Source: Calditrichota bacterium (GTDB taxonomy: Bacteria > Calditrichota > Calditrichia > RBG-13-44-9). From it: DNA of 35,285 bases. Positions within the stretch are counted from its first letter, which is position 1. Each line of letters opens with the position of its first letter. The notes under the pieces are model-generated. The model was not told the DNA's origin, did not search any database, and saw nothing but the letters and a program-made list of their open reading frames with translations. This document shows, piece by piece, positions 17,478 to 26,401 of this stretch. The position numbers and the translations under genes are program-made. Location of the stretch: the NCBI GenBank assembly GCA_016934605.1, contig JAFGSO010000172.1, forward strand, positions 1 through 35,285, given 5' to 3'.

Positions 17478-19508
17478 TCATCGAACCAGCAGCATCTTCC
17501 TGGACAACTTTCGATTCTCAAAATGAATTTGATATATGTAAATTCCTGAAGAAACCTGCTTGTCGTGATCATCACACCCATCCCAGCGAATTTCCTCGCC
17601 CCTGGTAAAGTATCCGTCTATGAGTGTCCTGATCCTACTTCCGGTAATATCAAAAATTTCAAGCTTTACTTTGCCGCTGGTATCAATCGTAAACGGAATC
17701 ATAGTGGTTCCATTGAAAGGATTCGGATAATTCTGAGCCAGAGTGAAATCCCGGATTACCTCATTACCTGGCTCCAAAGTGGCTATCGGAACCTCCCTGC
17801 TCATCTTTAATATTCTCAAATCCGGATCAAACTGGACAACCAGTGGAGAACCGCTGATCGGGATATGAAAATCCTGAACTTCCAGTGAGTCCCAGATCAT
17901 CAGTGTATCCCGGTTAATATGTGTGTCTATCACCCTCACTTCTATAGGCATTTTATAGAGATGACTGTAACCATCGAGTTTCTGCTTCTGTGCAATCCAA
18001 AAATGCAGGTAATCCTGTCCATTCTGCTGATAATGTGTATAGCCCCAATCATAAACCGGATAATAAGGTTCATAAATCCACTGCTGAAAAAACCAGTCAA
18101 GATCCATTTCACTTTTCATTTCACAAAAATCTCGAAACTCTTCAGTGGTTGCATCATCGTAAGCAAATGAGGGATCATTCGGATAATCATGCATGATTTC
18201 AAAGAAAACGGAATCTCCGACAACGTAACGCAACATATGCAGTACCCACATGCCTTTGGTATAAATAGTTCTTGAGAAAAGGTTATTCGGATTACTGGTA
18301 TCATAACGGTAAACAGCCGATCTGAAAATTGTTGAAAAATTATAGGGTTCCAGTGTACTGTTAACATATGTCCGGAATGAACTTTTATCATAATATGCTT
18401 CAATCCATAAAGCCTCACTGTAAGTCGCAAATCCCTCATTCAGCCAGATGTGATGCCAGTCCCGGCAGGTGACCAGATCCCCAAACCACTGATGAGCCAG
18501 CTCATGTGCATAAATAGTTTCCCAGCTGTCAGACACTGTTCCAATACTTGTACAGGTCTGATGCTCCATACCACCGCCCCATCCGAAAAGAGCATGACCA
18601 TATTTTTCTTCAATAAAAGGATATAAACCATACAATCGACTGAATACTTCCAGCATATCCGGTAATTTTTCAAATGCAGATCGGGCAGCTGTTAGCTGAT
18701 ACGGGTAAACATAATACTCAATCGGCATGAATTCACCCGGGGCAAATTGGAAAGAATCCGAAAAAGTTGTATAATTGGCTATGGCCAGAGATACCAGATA
18801 AGTGGTAATCGGATATTTTTCTTTCCAGATAAAAGTTGTGGTATTATTCGGATTGGGAATCTGGCCCTGAAGCAATCCGTTGGATGCGACGGTATATCCC
18901 GTTGGCACCGTTACTGCAATTTTCACGGAATCCATCTTGTCCGACGGATCATCTTTGCATGGCCACCAGGTCTGTGCCGCATACGGCTCACTCAGAGTAT
19001 ACACACCGTTACCAAACCAGAATCCCGCAAGTCCTTCCGGACGCGGAATACCGGAATAATTAACTGTTACGGTAAATGTTTCCCCTGCATCATAAACAGT
19101 GTCCAGAACAACTGCCAGCACCCAGTTGGAATGAGTGTAACTATTTATATTCCCCGACACCCACATATCCGACCAGTAAGGGGGATAATCTTCCCGTGAA
19201 TCAAAATTCAGATTTATGCGATCCAAGCCGTTTACATTGCTTCGGAACAGTCCCGTGACGGTACCTTCAAGGTTCTGTGGATCCATGCTGATTCGAAAAT
19301 CAAGATCATAATAAAGTTGATCATAGTCAGCAGAATCCGGCATACTGATTTTTGAGAATACTTTCTTATACAAAGTGAAATTGTTCTTTTTAATATCGGG
19401 TAATTTTTTACTGGCTTCTATCAATTCCTCCAGCCGATCTGGAGTAATCTGCTGTGAAAGTCCATTTGACACCATCAGCATTAGAATTAGAAATTTCCAC
19501 AATCTCAT
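17478..19508 (-). CDS. Secreted M1-family zinc aminopeptidase with T9SS-type/FlgD-Ig C-terminal domain
   Basis: Exopeptidase motif 'GGMEH'; 'HELAHQWFG...WLNEGFATY' (HExxH-x18-E); catalytic Tyr in 'YTKG'; C-terminal 'AQNYPNPFN...SSGIYIY...RKMLLVR'; GGAG RBS. Confidence 0.93.
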   Translation of the reverse strand: MRLWKFLILMLMVSNGLSQQITPDRLEELIEASKKLPDIKKNNFTLYKKVFSKISMPDSADYDQLYYDLDFRISMDPQNLEGTVTGLFRSNVNGLDRINLNFDSREDYPPYWSDMWVSGNINSYTHSNWVLAVVLDTVYDAGETFTVTVNYSGIPRPEGLAGFWFGNGVYTLSEPYAAQTWWPCKDDPSDKMDSVKIAVTVPTGYTVASNGLLQGQIPNPNNTTTFIWKEKYPITTYLVSLAIANYTTFSDSFQFAPGEFMPIEYYVYPYQLTAARSAFEKLPDMLEVFSRLYGLYPFIEEKYGHALFGWGGGMEHQTCTSIGTVSDSWETIYAHELAHQWFGDLVTCRDWHHIWLNEGFATYSEALWIEAYYDKSSFRTYVNSTLEPYNFSTIFRSAVYRYDTSNPNNLFSRTIYTKGMWVLHMLRYVVGDSVFFEIMHDYPNDPSFAYDDATTEEFRDFCEMKSEMDLDWFFQQWIYEPYYPVYDWGYTHYQQNGQDYLHFWIAQKQKLDGYSHLYKMPIEVRVIDTHINRDTLMIWDSLEVQDFHIPISGSPLVVQFDPDLRILKMSREVPIATLEPGNEVIRDFTLAQNYPNPFNGTTMIPFTIDTSGKVKLEIFDITGSRIRTLIDGYFTRGEEIRWDGCDDHDKQVSSGIYIYQIHFENRKLSRKMLLVR

Positions 19509-19526
19509 TATATCTCCATTTTCATT

Positions 19527-20363
19527 TCAAAAAAAATCATCCAGATAAATATCCTCATATTCCCTTAAAAAGGTTTGAACATTTGACTGGTGAGAATGTA
19601 AAGCAGCTATTTTAGGAAATTTTTGATTTAACTTCAGCTTGATTTCCTCCTCGGAATCGGCAGCATGTACTATTTCCATTCCTTCTACTGCCAGTTTTTG
19701 TACGTACGACTGTTCATTTTCAATGCGCCTGATAATATCCTCCTGGGATTTTGCAGGCTTACCATGACCGGGAATCAGGCAGCCAATATCATATAGAACA
19801 ACTACATCTTTCAATCGGCCCAGACTCTTCCAGTATTGCCTTATACTGTGTAAAATAAAGGGAGTTTGAGTCTGTATCAGCATATCTCCCGAAAAAAGCA
19901 TTTTTTCTTCGGGAATAACAATTGCAGTCATATCTGTGGAATGACCGGGAGTATGAAAAAATGCAAATGAATATGGCGGAATTTCCATGAACTCGCCATC
20001 CTTGATGAGGTTTACATCGTCCGGAAATCTGAGATCATCCAGATTTTCATACCCCTGCTTGCGATACATTCCTCTCAGGTATCTTACATCGTTGTTACGA
20101 ACATCCTCGGATTTACTTTTTAGACATTCATGGGCATACACCGGTAAATCATGAAAGGCGTGCCATCCTGAAATATGATCTCCATGAGTATGTGTGAGAA
20201 GAAGTATGGATTCAATCAGTTTCTGATCAATCATAAATTTTCTGATTCTTTGAAGTTCCGGAGGGAAAACACCAGGATCAATCAGGTAGGCCTCGGAATT
20301 ATCATAAACCAGTGTTGAATTCATTCCCAAAAATTGACTGCTGAAACGTCTGAGCATATTCAT
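19527..20363 (-). CDS. MBL-fold metallo-hydrolase (glyoxalase II-like)
   Basis: 'LIDPG', 'THTHGDH', 'TPGHS', 'FSGDML', 'IPGHG'. Start is probably ATG 20363 or 20357 rather than TTG 20426. Lies 18 bp upstream of the M1 peptidase gene. Confidence 0.88.
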   Translation of the reverse strand: MNMLRRFSSQFLGMNSTLVYDNSEAYLIDPGVFPPELQRIRKFMIDQKLIESILLLTHTHGDHISGWHAFHDLPVYAHECLKSKSEDVRNNDVRYLRGMYRKQGYENLDDLRFPDDVNLIKDGEFMEIPPYSFAFFHTPGHSTDMTAIVIPEEKMLFSGDMLIQTQTPFILHSIRQYWKSLGRLKDVVVLYDIGCLIPGHGKPAKSQEDIIRRIENEQSYVQKLAVEGMEIVHAADSEEEIKLKLNQKFPKIAALHSHQSNVQTFLREYEDIYLDDFF

Positions 20364-20473
20364 AAATTCCGGTTTGAAAGTTATAAGATCAGAAAAAATT
20401 TCTTTAATAGAAATGGTTATTTGCAATTGTTGCTTGAGGTTCGTAATATTTAATTTTCAAGGGAATATTTATC

Positions 20474-21052
20474 ATGTTTACGGATTTATTCGAGAACTTA
20501 CATTTCACCTATATATTTTGCACCGCTGTTCTGTTCATCGCAGGCATTTATTTTGCACCGACTATCGTTGATAAAAATATCCGCTGGATGCTGCGATACC
20601 CAAGATGGGTAGCCTCACTGATGGAGCGGTATTTCTCAGTCCGATGGGGATTTTTTTTCTTATTCCTTATCATTTTTATTCTCAACAATATGTCCCTTTT
20701 CCTTGGATTCCTGTCAGGTTTCCTGATAGTTCTTCCCCTGTTTTTTGCCTTTTTTACCGGGTTCAATGTAGCCGTTATCAGTTACGACCTGATGGGCTGG
20801 AAGGGAATCTGGCATATGTTGATGAATCCCATAGCCTGGCTTGAATTTCCGGCAGCATGGTTAAGTTTCGGGATGGGCATGAAAATCGGGGTAACAATCC
20901 TCACGTCAGGTAATTTTACACAAGCTGTCAGCCTTTTCAATACATTACTTCCTATCTATGGTAAATATGTTCTGGTATTATTATTGATTGCAGCGCTACT
21001 GGAATCGGGCCTCATTGTTCTGGCAGAGAAACACAAGGACGATATTTCCTGA
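20474..21052 (+). CDS. SpoIIM-like (stage II sporulation protein M family) integral membrane protein
   Basis: About 5 TM helices with 'FILNN', 'GFNVAV', 'P.AWLEFPA' and terminal 'LLLIAALLES', typical of the SpoIIM/DUF95 family. No sporulation role is implied. Confidence 0.7.
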   Translation: MFTDLFENLHFTYIFCTAVLFIAGIYFAPTIVDKNIRWMLRYPRWVASLMERYFSVRWGFFFLFLIIFILNNMSLFLGFLSGFLIVLPLFFAFFTGFNVAVISYDLMGWKGIWHMLMNPIAWLEFPAAWLSFGMGMKIGVTILTSGNFTQAVSLFNTLLPIYGKYVLVLLLIAALLESGLIVLAEKHKDDIS

Positions 21053-21097
21053 AAACAGTCTGAAATTTTCCATTCTCAAGACTGCCGTCGCTAATCA

Positions 21098-21637
21098 TTA
21101 GTGATCCAGGGTCCAACCTTCCTGTTTCAGGTACCAGTTATCCGGATCTTTGAGATATTGATAGGTATTATCCAGAACATCTTCATGGTCCTGTTCCATA
21201 TCTCTCAGAAAAGCGTAAAAACGTCTTGCTTTTTCATCGGCTGTTTCGTTATACAATTTAGTATACATTTTGACGCCATTCCGCTCGAACTCAATCGCTT
21301 TCTGGTAGACTTCCATATCATTATCAGAGATAGTTTCCTTTCCCTGCTTAACTGCCTCCAGTGAATTACTGAAGATAGTCTGCATTTCGCCTTTAAGACC
21401 TTTGTAATCCTTTTCCTCTTTTGAAAGCTGGGCCCAGTTTCCTGATTCATTCAATCGGGCATAAAAACGCTTGATTAGATCGGTATGCATTAATTCATCT
21501 TTAAACAGTTGCCTAAAAATATTCTTTACAAATTCATTTTGGGTTTGTTCAGCTCCCTTTTTATATAGTTGATATCCCTCCTCTTCTGTTTGAAGGGCCA
21601 GTTTCAATGCTTCCAGACTGTTCTGAATGTCCGCCAT
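21098..21637 (-). CDS. Ferritin-like/rubrerythrin-family di-iron protein (no rubredoxin domain)
   Basis: Two E...ExxH helix pairs ('ALQTEEEGYQLY...DELMH', 'AIEFERNGVKMY...MEQDH'); AAGGAG RBS. Confidence 0.88.
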   Translation of the reverse strand: MADIQNSLEALKLALQTEEEGYQLYKKGAEQTQNEFVKNIFRQLFKDELMHTDLIKRFYARLNESGNWAQLSKEEKDYKGLKGEMQTIFSNSLEAVKQGKETISDNDMEVYQKAIEFERNGVKMYTKLYNETADEKARRFYAFLRDMEQDHEDVLDNTYQYLKDPDNWYLKQEGWTLDH

Positions 21638-21725
21638 ATTTAGATCTCCTTTTTGTTATGAATATCTAATAACTGTTAAAAATTTTCAATTAAGTAAAAT
21701 CTATATTTTTGAAAAGAAATTTAAA

Positions 21726-22652
21726 TCAATCAAACACCTGAAAACGGGCTCCCACCGGCCGGTGGTCTGAAACCTCATAAACATAAGAAGAAAAATACTG
21801 ATCCAGCTTGATAACTGCGGTAGTTCCATTTCCATATTCCTGCCGGGCATCGGCGGATATTAGAATATGGTCAATAATGCTTCTGGTGTTTCCTATATAC
21901 GTTGCATTTTCAAATGGATTTTCCAGAAGTATTGAGCTCAGAAATGTATAATCCTGGGAATCGTTGATGAACACCTGAAAAACATTATCCTCAGGGGGAT
22001 CATCCAGTTCATCATTCCAGTCACCGACTACAATATAATCTTTGTCACTGGAGCCAACTATTTCTGTGTCCAGATAATACTTAAGTTTTTCACATGCTTT
22101 GCGTCTCCTGTCTTCATTCTGCTCACCACCCAGAGCTTTCAGATGCAGGACGATAAGGGTAAAGTCGAAGGTTTTCAAATTGCTTGAAGCACTCATGTAG
22201 ATCTGAAGCGGTGGTCTCGGGAAACGATAAGAATCACCAGTAAAAATCAGCTTAACATCCGAAATAGAAATAATATTCTGTTTATAAATAACACCCGTTT
22301 TCTGGTATGAACCATCAGAATATATATCGAGAGAATAAATTCCGGAGTAATCGGGCAGTCTGTTCAACACCTCTCTGAAACTGATGGTATCTTCAATTTC
22401 CTGCATGCCAAAGATATCTGCATTCAAATCAATGATAATTTCAACAACATCCGAAATTGTTTCAGTTCCGAGTTTGGGAAAATTTTGAATATTCCAACTG
22501 ACAATATCTAGAGTTTCTTCTGCACCAAACTCAGGAACATCGATCCTGAGCGAATCCGGTATCCGACCATCTTCTGTTGATGTTATTCGTTTGTTACAGC
22601 TAAGTAAAAAAATAGTTAACCATACAAAACCGATGAATATAAACAGACGCAC
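21726..22652 (-). CDS. Endonuclease/exonuclease/phosphatase (DNase I-like) family lipoprotein
   Basis: Lipobox 'LLSC'; 'SWNIQNF', 'GMQEI', 'HLKA', 'GDWN', 'IDHI', 'SDHRPV'. GTG 22652 has a GGAG RBS (the track starts at TTG 22667). Confidence 0.88.
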   Translation of the reverse strand: MRLFIFIGFVWLTIFLLSCNKRITSTEDGRIPDSLRIDVPEFGAEETLDIVSWNIQNFPKLGTETISDVVEIIIDLNADIFGMQEIEDTISFREVLNRLPDYSGIYSLDIYSDGSYQKTGVIYKQNIISISDVKLIFTGDSYRFPRPPLQIYMSASSNLKTFDFTLIVLHLKALGGEQNEDRRRKACEKLKYYLDTEIVGSSDKDYIVVGDWNDELDDPPEDNVFQVFINDSQDYTFLSSILLENPFENATYIGNTRSIIDHILISADARQEYGNGTTAVIKLDQYFSSYVYEVSDHRPVGARFQVFD

Positions 22653-22781
22653 GAAATCTCCACTCAATTTGATACTGATTATAATTAGATGAAACCCTTA
22701 ACCAAAAGCAAGCAGTTCAAAAAGTTCTCTACTGACTAACACAAAAATATTTATATGTCATTCTGGGGGAACTCAGTAATG

Positions 22782-22810
22782 TTGCAAATTTTAGCAAAAA
22801 ATGTTATATT
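22782..22810 (+). promoter_or_regulatory. Sigma70-type promoter for the lapA-like gene
   Basis: TTGCAA (22782-22787), 17-nt spacer, extended -10 TGt-TATATT (22805-22810); GGGGAG RBS at 22823-22828. Confidence 0.55.
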
Positions 22811-22834
22811 ACTCAATAAAACGGGGAGTAACTG

Positions 22835-23071
22835 ATGACATTTAAGAGAATTTTAATCTGGTTAATTGTATTTTTTGTTTTGATTCTTATCGTTCAAAAT
22901 CTGGATGTCATTCAACTGGACGTTTTTTTCTGGTCAATCCAGGCATCCCTTCTTCTGGTCATTTTGCTTCCTTTTCTCTTGGGTATCCTGGTCGGTTGGT
23001 TATTTACCTCTATTTATCTGAGACAACGCCGGCAGTTGAAAGAATCAAAACAAAAATCATCTGAAAGCTGA
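22835..23071 (+). CDS. LapA (DUF1049) family small membrane protein
   Basis: 78 aa; TM1 followed by 'VQNLDVIQLDVFFW', TM2 'LLVILLPFLLGILVGWLF', basic tail; strong RBS. Confidence 0.82.
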   Translation: MTFKRILIWLIVFFVLILIVQNLDVIQLDVFFWSIQASLLLVILLPFLLGILVGWLFTSIYLRQRRQLKESKQKSSES

Positions 23072-23417
23072 AAAATATGTTTTATATTTCAACATAGTGA
23101 TGATTTTTATAACATCAATATATAATTGGCTGTTTAAATATTCGCCAAAAGTTATTCCCGGAATATCTCACCGAATTTAACAATTTCGCAAAATTATAAA
23201 ACTTTGTTGTTCTTCAAGTTTGAACACTATTTATATCAATATTTTACAGTTACTTATAAGAAAACATATTTTGTCCGAATCTTATTGCATCGTGCTCTTA
23301 CTCTACTGTAAATTTATCATAATTTTATCAAAGTTTTTTAAATTAGTGTCGATATTTAATATATTGTCTAAATTATAGACAAGCGAAGTACTAGATAGCA
23401 ACAGGAAGAAAATTTAA

Positions 23418-24872
23418 ATGCCCACTAAGGTTATCACACGATTCGCACCCAGTCCGACTGGATTCCTTCATGTCGGGGGCGCAAGGACTGCACTGTTTAA
23501 CTTTCTCTATGCCCGGAAAAACGGGGGCTCGTTCAGACTTCGCGTAGAAGATACGGATCAGAGAAGATCCAGCGATCTGATGACTAGGGTAATTTTAAAC
23601 GGTCTGGAATGGCTGGGAATACAATGGAATTGTGATGTTATTTTTCAGGGTAAACGTCTGAATCAACACCAGAATACAGCATTTTCTCTGCTGGAAAAAG
23701 GGGCTGCATATCTCTGTTTTTGCACACCTGAAGAACTTAAGGAACACCGGAAAAATTTCCGTTACAATGGACATTGCCGAAACCTCTCCTCTAAAAGCAT
23801 CGAAATTAAGAAATCAGAAGGGATTCCCTATTCTGTCCGATTTAAAGTTCCAGATGGAGTAACAATCTGGAAAGATAAGATTCATGGTTCTATTTCTTTT
23901 CAGAATAAAGAAGTTGAGGATTTTGTAATCCTCCGTTCAGACCGAACACCAACCTACAATCTGGCCGTTGTGGCAGATGACCATGATATGGGAATTACCA
24001 TGGTAATGCGCGGTGATGATCATATTTCGAATACTCCCAAACAATTAATGCTCTATCAGGCTCTTGGATGGACGGCTCCGGATTTTGCTCATATCCCGCT
24101 TATCATGGGTTCCGATGGAAAACGCCTTAGTAAACGACATGGTGCAACCTCAGTAGAAGACTATCAAAAAAAGGGTGTACTTAGTGATGCACTCTTTAAT
24201 TTCCTGGCTATCCTCGGTTGGTCTCCCCCTGATAACCGGGAAATCCTTTCGCGCAAGGAAATTACAGAGCTGTTCTCTCTGGATGGTATATCAAAAAAAA
24301 GTGCTGTTTTCGATGAAAAAAAGTTGGCCTGGATGAATCAACAGCATATTATCCGAAAAAGTGCATCTGATTTATATGAACCTATAATGCAAATCTGGCT
24401 CGAAAATGGTTTTATTTCAGAAGTTGAGATAAAATCTAAAAAAAACTGGATGCTAAAAATAATCGACCTCTTAAAACCCCGGGCTACCTTTCTTGCCGAT
24501 TTTATTGATCTTGGTGAATACTTCTTTAAAAAGCCTGGGCAATTCGATGAAAAAGGGATACAAAAACATCTGAAATCAGCAGAAGTCTGGGACTATCTGA
24601 GGGAAACCACTGCTGAATTAAAAGATTTGACAACATTTTCTGAAGAAAATATCGAACTTGGCATAAGAAATTTTGCTCAAAAGTATGGAGTGGGTGCCGG
24701 AAAAATCATTCATCCTCTACGACTGGCCTTAACGGGACGCACAGCCACACCCGGACTATTTGAAGTCATGGTTTTATTAGGAAAAGAAATAGTTCTGAAT
24801 AGACTAAATAGTTTTTTAAAAATGGAAGAATCCATAAAAAAACAGTTTCACACTCAACGGAGTGCCCAATGA
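23418..24872 (+). CDS. gltX: Glutamate--tRNA ligase
   Basis: 'TRFAPSPTGFLHVGGARTALFN' (HIGH), 'RVEDTD', 'PTYN..VVADD', 'RGDDHISNT', 'RLSKRHG' (KMSKS), and anticodon-binding domain 'PLRLALTG'. Confidence 0.97.
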   Translation: MPTKVITRFAPSPTGFLHVGGARTALFNFLYARKNGGSFRLRVEDTDQRRSSDLMTRVILNGLEWLGIQWNCDVIFQGKRLNQHQNTAFSLLEKGAAYLCFCTPEELKEHRKNFRYNGHCRNLSSKSIEIKKSEGIPYSVRFKVPDGVTIWKDKIHGSISFQNKEVEDFVILRSDRTPTYNLAVVADDHDMGITMVMRGDDHISNTPKQLMLYQALGWTAPDFAHIPLIMGSDGKRLSKRHGATSVEDYQKKGVLSDALFNFLAILGWSPPDNREILSRKEITELFSLDGISKKSAVFDEKKLAWMNQQHIIRKSASDLYEPIMQIWLENGFISEVEIKSKKNWMLKIIDLLKPRATFLADFIDLGEYFFKKPGQFDEKGIQKHLKSAEVWDYLRETTAELKDLTTFSEENIELGIRNFAQKYGVGAGKIIHPLRLALTGRTATPGLFEVMVLLGKEIVLNRLNSFLKMEESIKKQFHTQRSAQ

Positions 24873-26401
24873 ACGGTTGGAAAACTCTGGTTGTTGATGA
24901 CGAACCTGAAGTTGCTTCTCATCTGAATAACCAGCTTGCACAGCGGGGACTGAAGGTAGAGGTGGCCCATACTACAAATGAGGCCCAATTTCTGATCGAA
25001 AAAAACGAATATGATCTCGCCATTCTCGATATAATGCTTCCCGATGGTAATGGAATTGATCTATTCCGAATCCTTCAGGAAGAAAATCCCGATATTTATA
25101 CGATAATGATAACCGGACATGCATCGGTTGAAAATGCGATTTTCGCTCTGAACGAAGGTATAAATGGTTACCTGATCAAGCCGTTCTCAGATTCACAACT
25201 CTCGGCCGTCTTGAATAAAGCCGAGAAAACACTTCGGCTCAAAGCTGAAAATAAAGCTCTATTCCAGCAAATTGAACTTAATAAACAGTTTTATGAAGAT
25301 GTTCTAAATTCCACTAGTGAAGCCATATTAGTTGTCGATTTAGATTATAAAATTCAGTATTCCAACCGGGCTGCAGCAGAATTACTGAATCTGGAGGAGA
25401 TTCCTCCTGCAAAACCCCCTTTAGAAACATATATATTAGACGGTTATAAAATTTTGTCACATATATATCAGCAACTCCTTCAGGGAAAGTCAGTCGCCGG
25501 ATATCGGGTCAGTATTTCACCTGACGGCTCCAGCTCTTTTGATGCCCATCTGACTGCCGATTTCCTTTATGGAAAGAACGAGCATGTTGAAGGTTTGATC
25601 ATTAATCTTTCGAATCCATTGATTCATAATGAAGTTCTGAACAGAATCCTCCGCAAAGAAAAATTGAATACAATTAATCGTCTCGCTCACGTATTGAATC
25701 ACGAAATCCGCAATCCAATAAATATTCTATTTGGCCGGTTGCAGCTTTTAAAAGATGAATTTAAAAACGCAAAATTCGACCAGGCTTTCCCTGGTATACA
25801 GAAACAGATCGACAGGATTGTTACGGTTACAGATCTTTTATCCAAGTTCAATCTCAGTCGCGAAGATACTATTCCTGAACAATGCGCTATTTCTGAAATA
25901 TTCGATGATATTCTCTCCGAAAAAAAACCAGAATTTGCTGCCAAAAACATACAACTGAATTATTCCCTGGAACGAAACGGATTTTACGTTGAAGGAAACC
26001 TTATTCAGTTTTCAGATGCTTTTCGATATCTCCTGGATACTATCATCGAAATATCTTCAGAAAACGCTGTATTGGATGTTCAGGGAAAAGAGACAGGACA
26101 TTATTCTTCATCAAGATGGTACGAATTCCAGTTTATTTTACCAACAGAACAAAGCGATATTCATCAATTTTTTGAACCCTATAAATCAATTGATATGGAA
26201 ATTGATGGACTCATCGGATTGGGCATGGCCATAATGCATACAATATTTAATAATTACGGTGCCAAAATCGAAACCAGTTTTCAAAATACTTCTAAAACAC
26301 TGTTAAAAATCCGTTTTCCACTTTTCGATCAGGACCAAAAAAGACCCTTTAAACCATCACGGGAAATAAAATCAAAAAAAAGAAAGCGGAGGAGTGCTTA
26401 A
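24869..26401 (+). CDS. REC-PAS-HisKA protein with a degenerate HATPase domain
   Basis: ATGA overlap with gltX. Receiver 'LVVDDE...ILDIMLPDGNG...ITGH...YLIKP'; PAS 'AILVVD...YSNRAA'; H-box 'NHEIRNP'; the ATP-binding N and G1 boxes are not conserved. Confidence 0.85.
   Translation: MNGWKTLVVDDEPEVASHLNNQLAQRGLKVEVAHTTNEAQFLIEKNEYDLAILDIMLPDGNGIDLFRILQEENPDIYTIMITGHASVENAIFALNEGINGYLIKPFSDSQLSAVLNKAEKTLRLKAENKALFQQIELNKQFYEDVLNSTSEAILVVDLDYKIQYSNRAAAELLNLEEIPPAKPPLETYILDGYKILSHIYQQLLQGKSVAGYRVSISPDGSSSFDAHLTADFLYGKNEHVEGLIINLSNPLIHNEVLNRILRKEKLNTINRLAHVLNHEIRNPINILFGRLQLLKDEFKNAKFDQAFPGIQKQIDRIVTVTDLLSKFNLSREDTIPEQCAISEIFDDILSEKKPEFAAKNIQLNYSLERNGFYVEGNLIQFSDAFRYLLDTIIEISSENAVLDVQGKETGHYSSSRWYEFQFILPTEQSDIHQFFEPYKSIDMEIDGLIGLGMAIMHTIFNNYGAKIETSFQNTSKTLLKIRFPLFDQDQKRPFKPSREIKSKKRKRRSA

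Noticed and set aside
20474-21052. Sporulation function for the SpoIIM-like gene
   Set aside because: The family is widespread in non-sporulating organisms, and no other sporulation genes are present.
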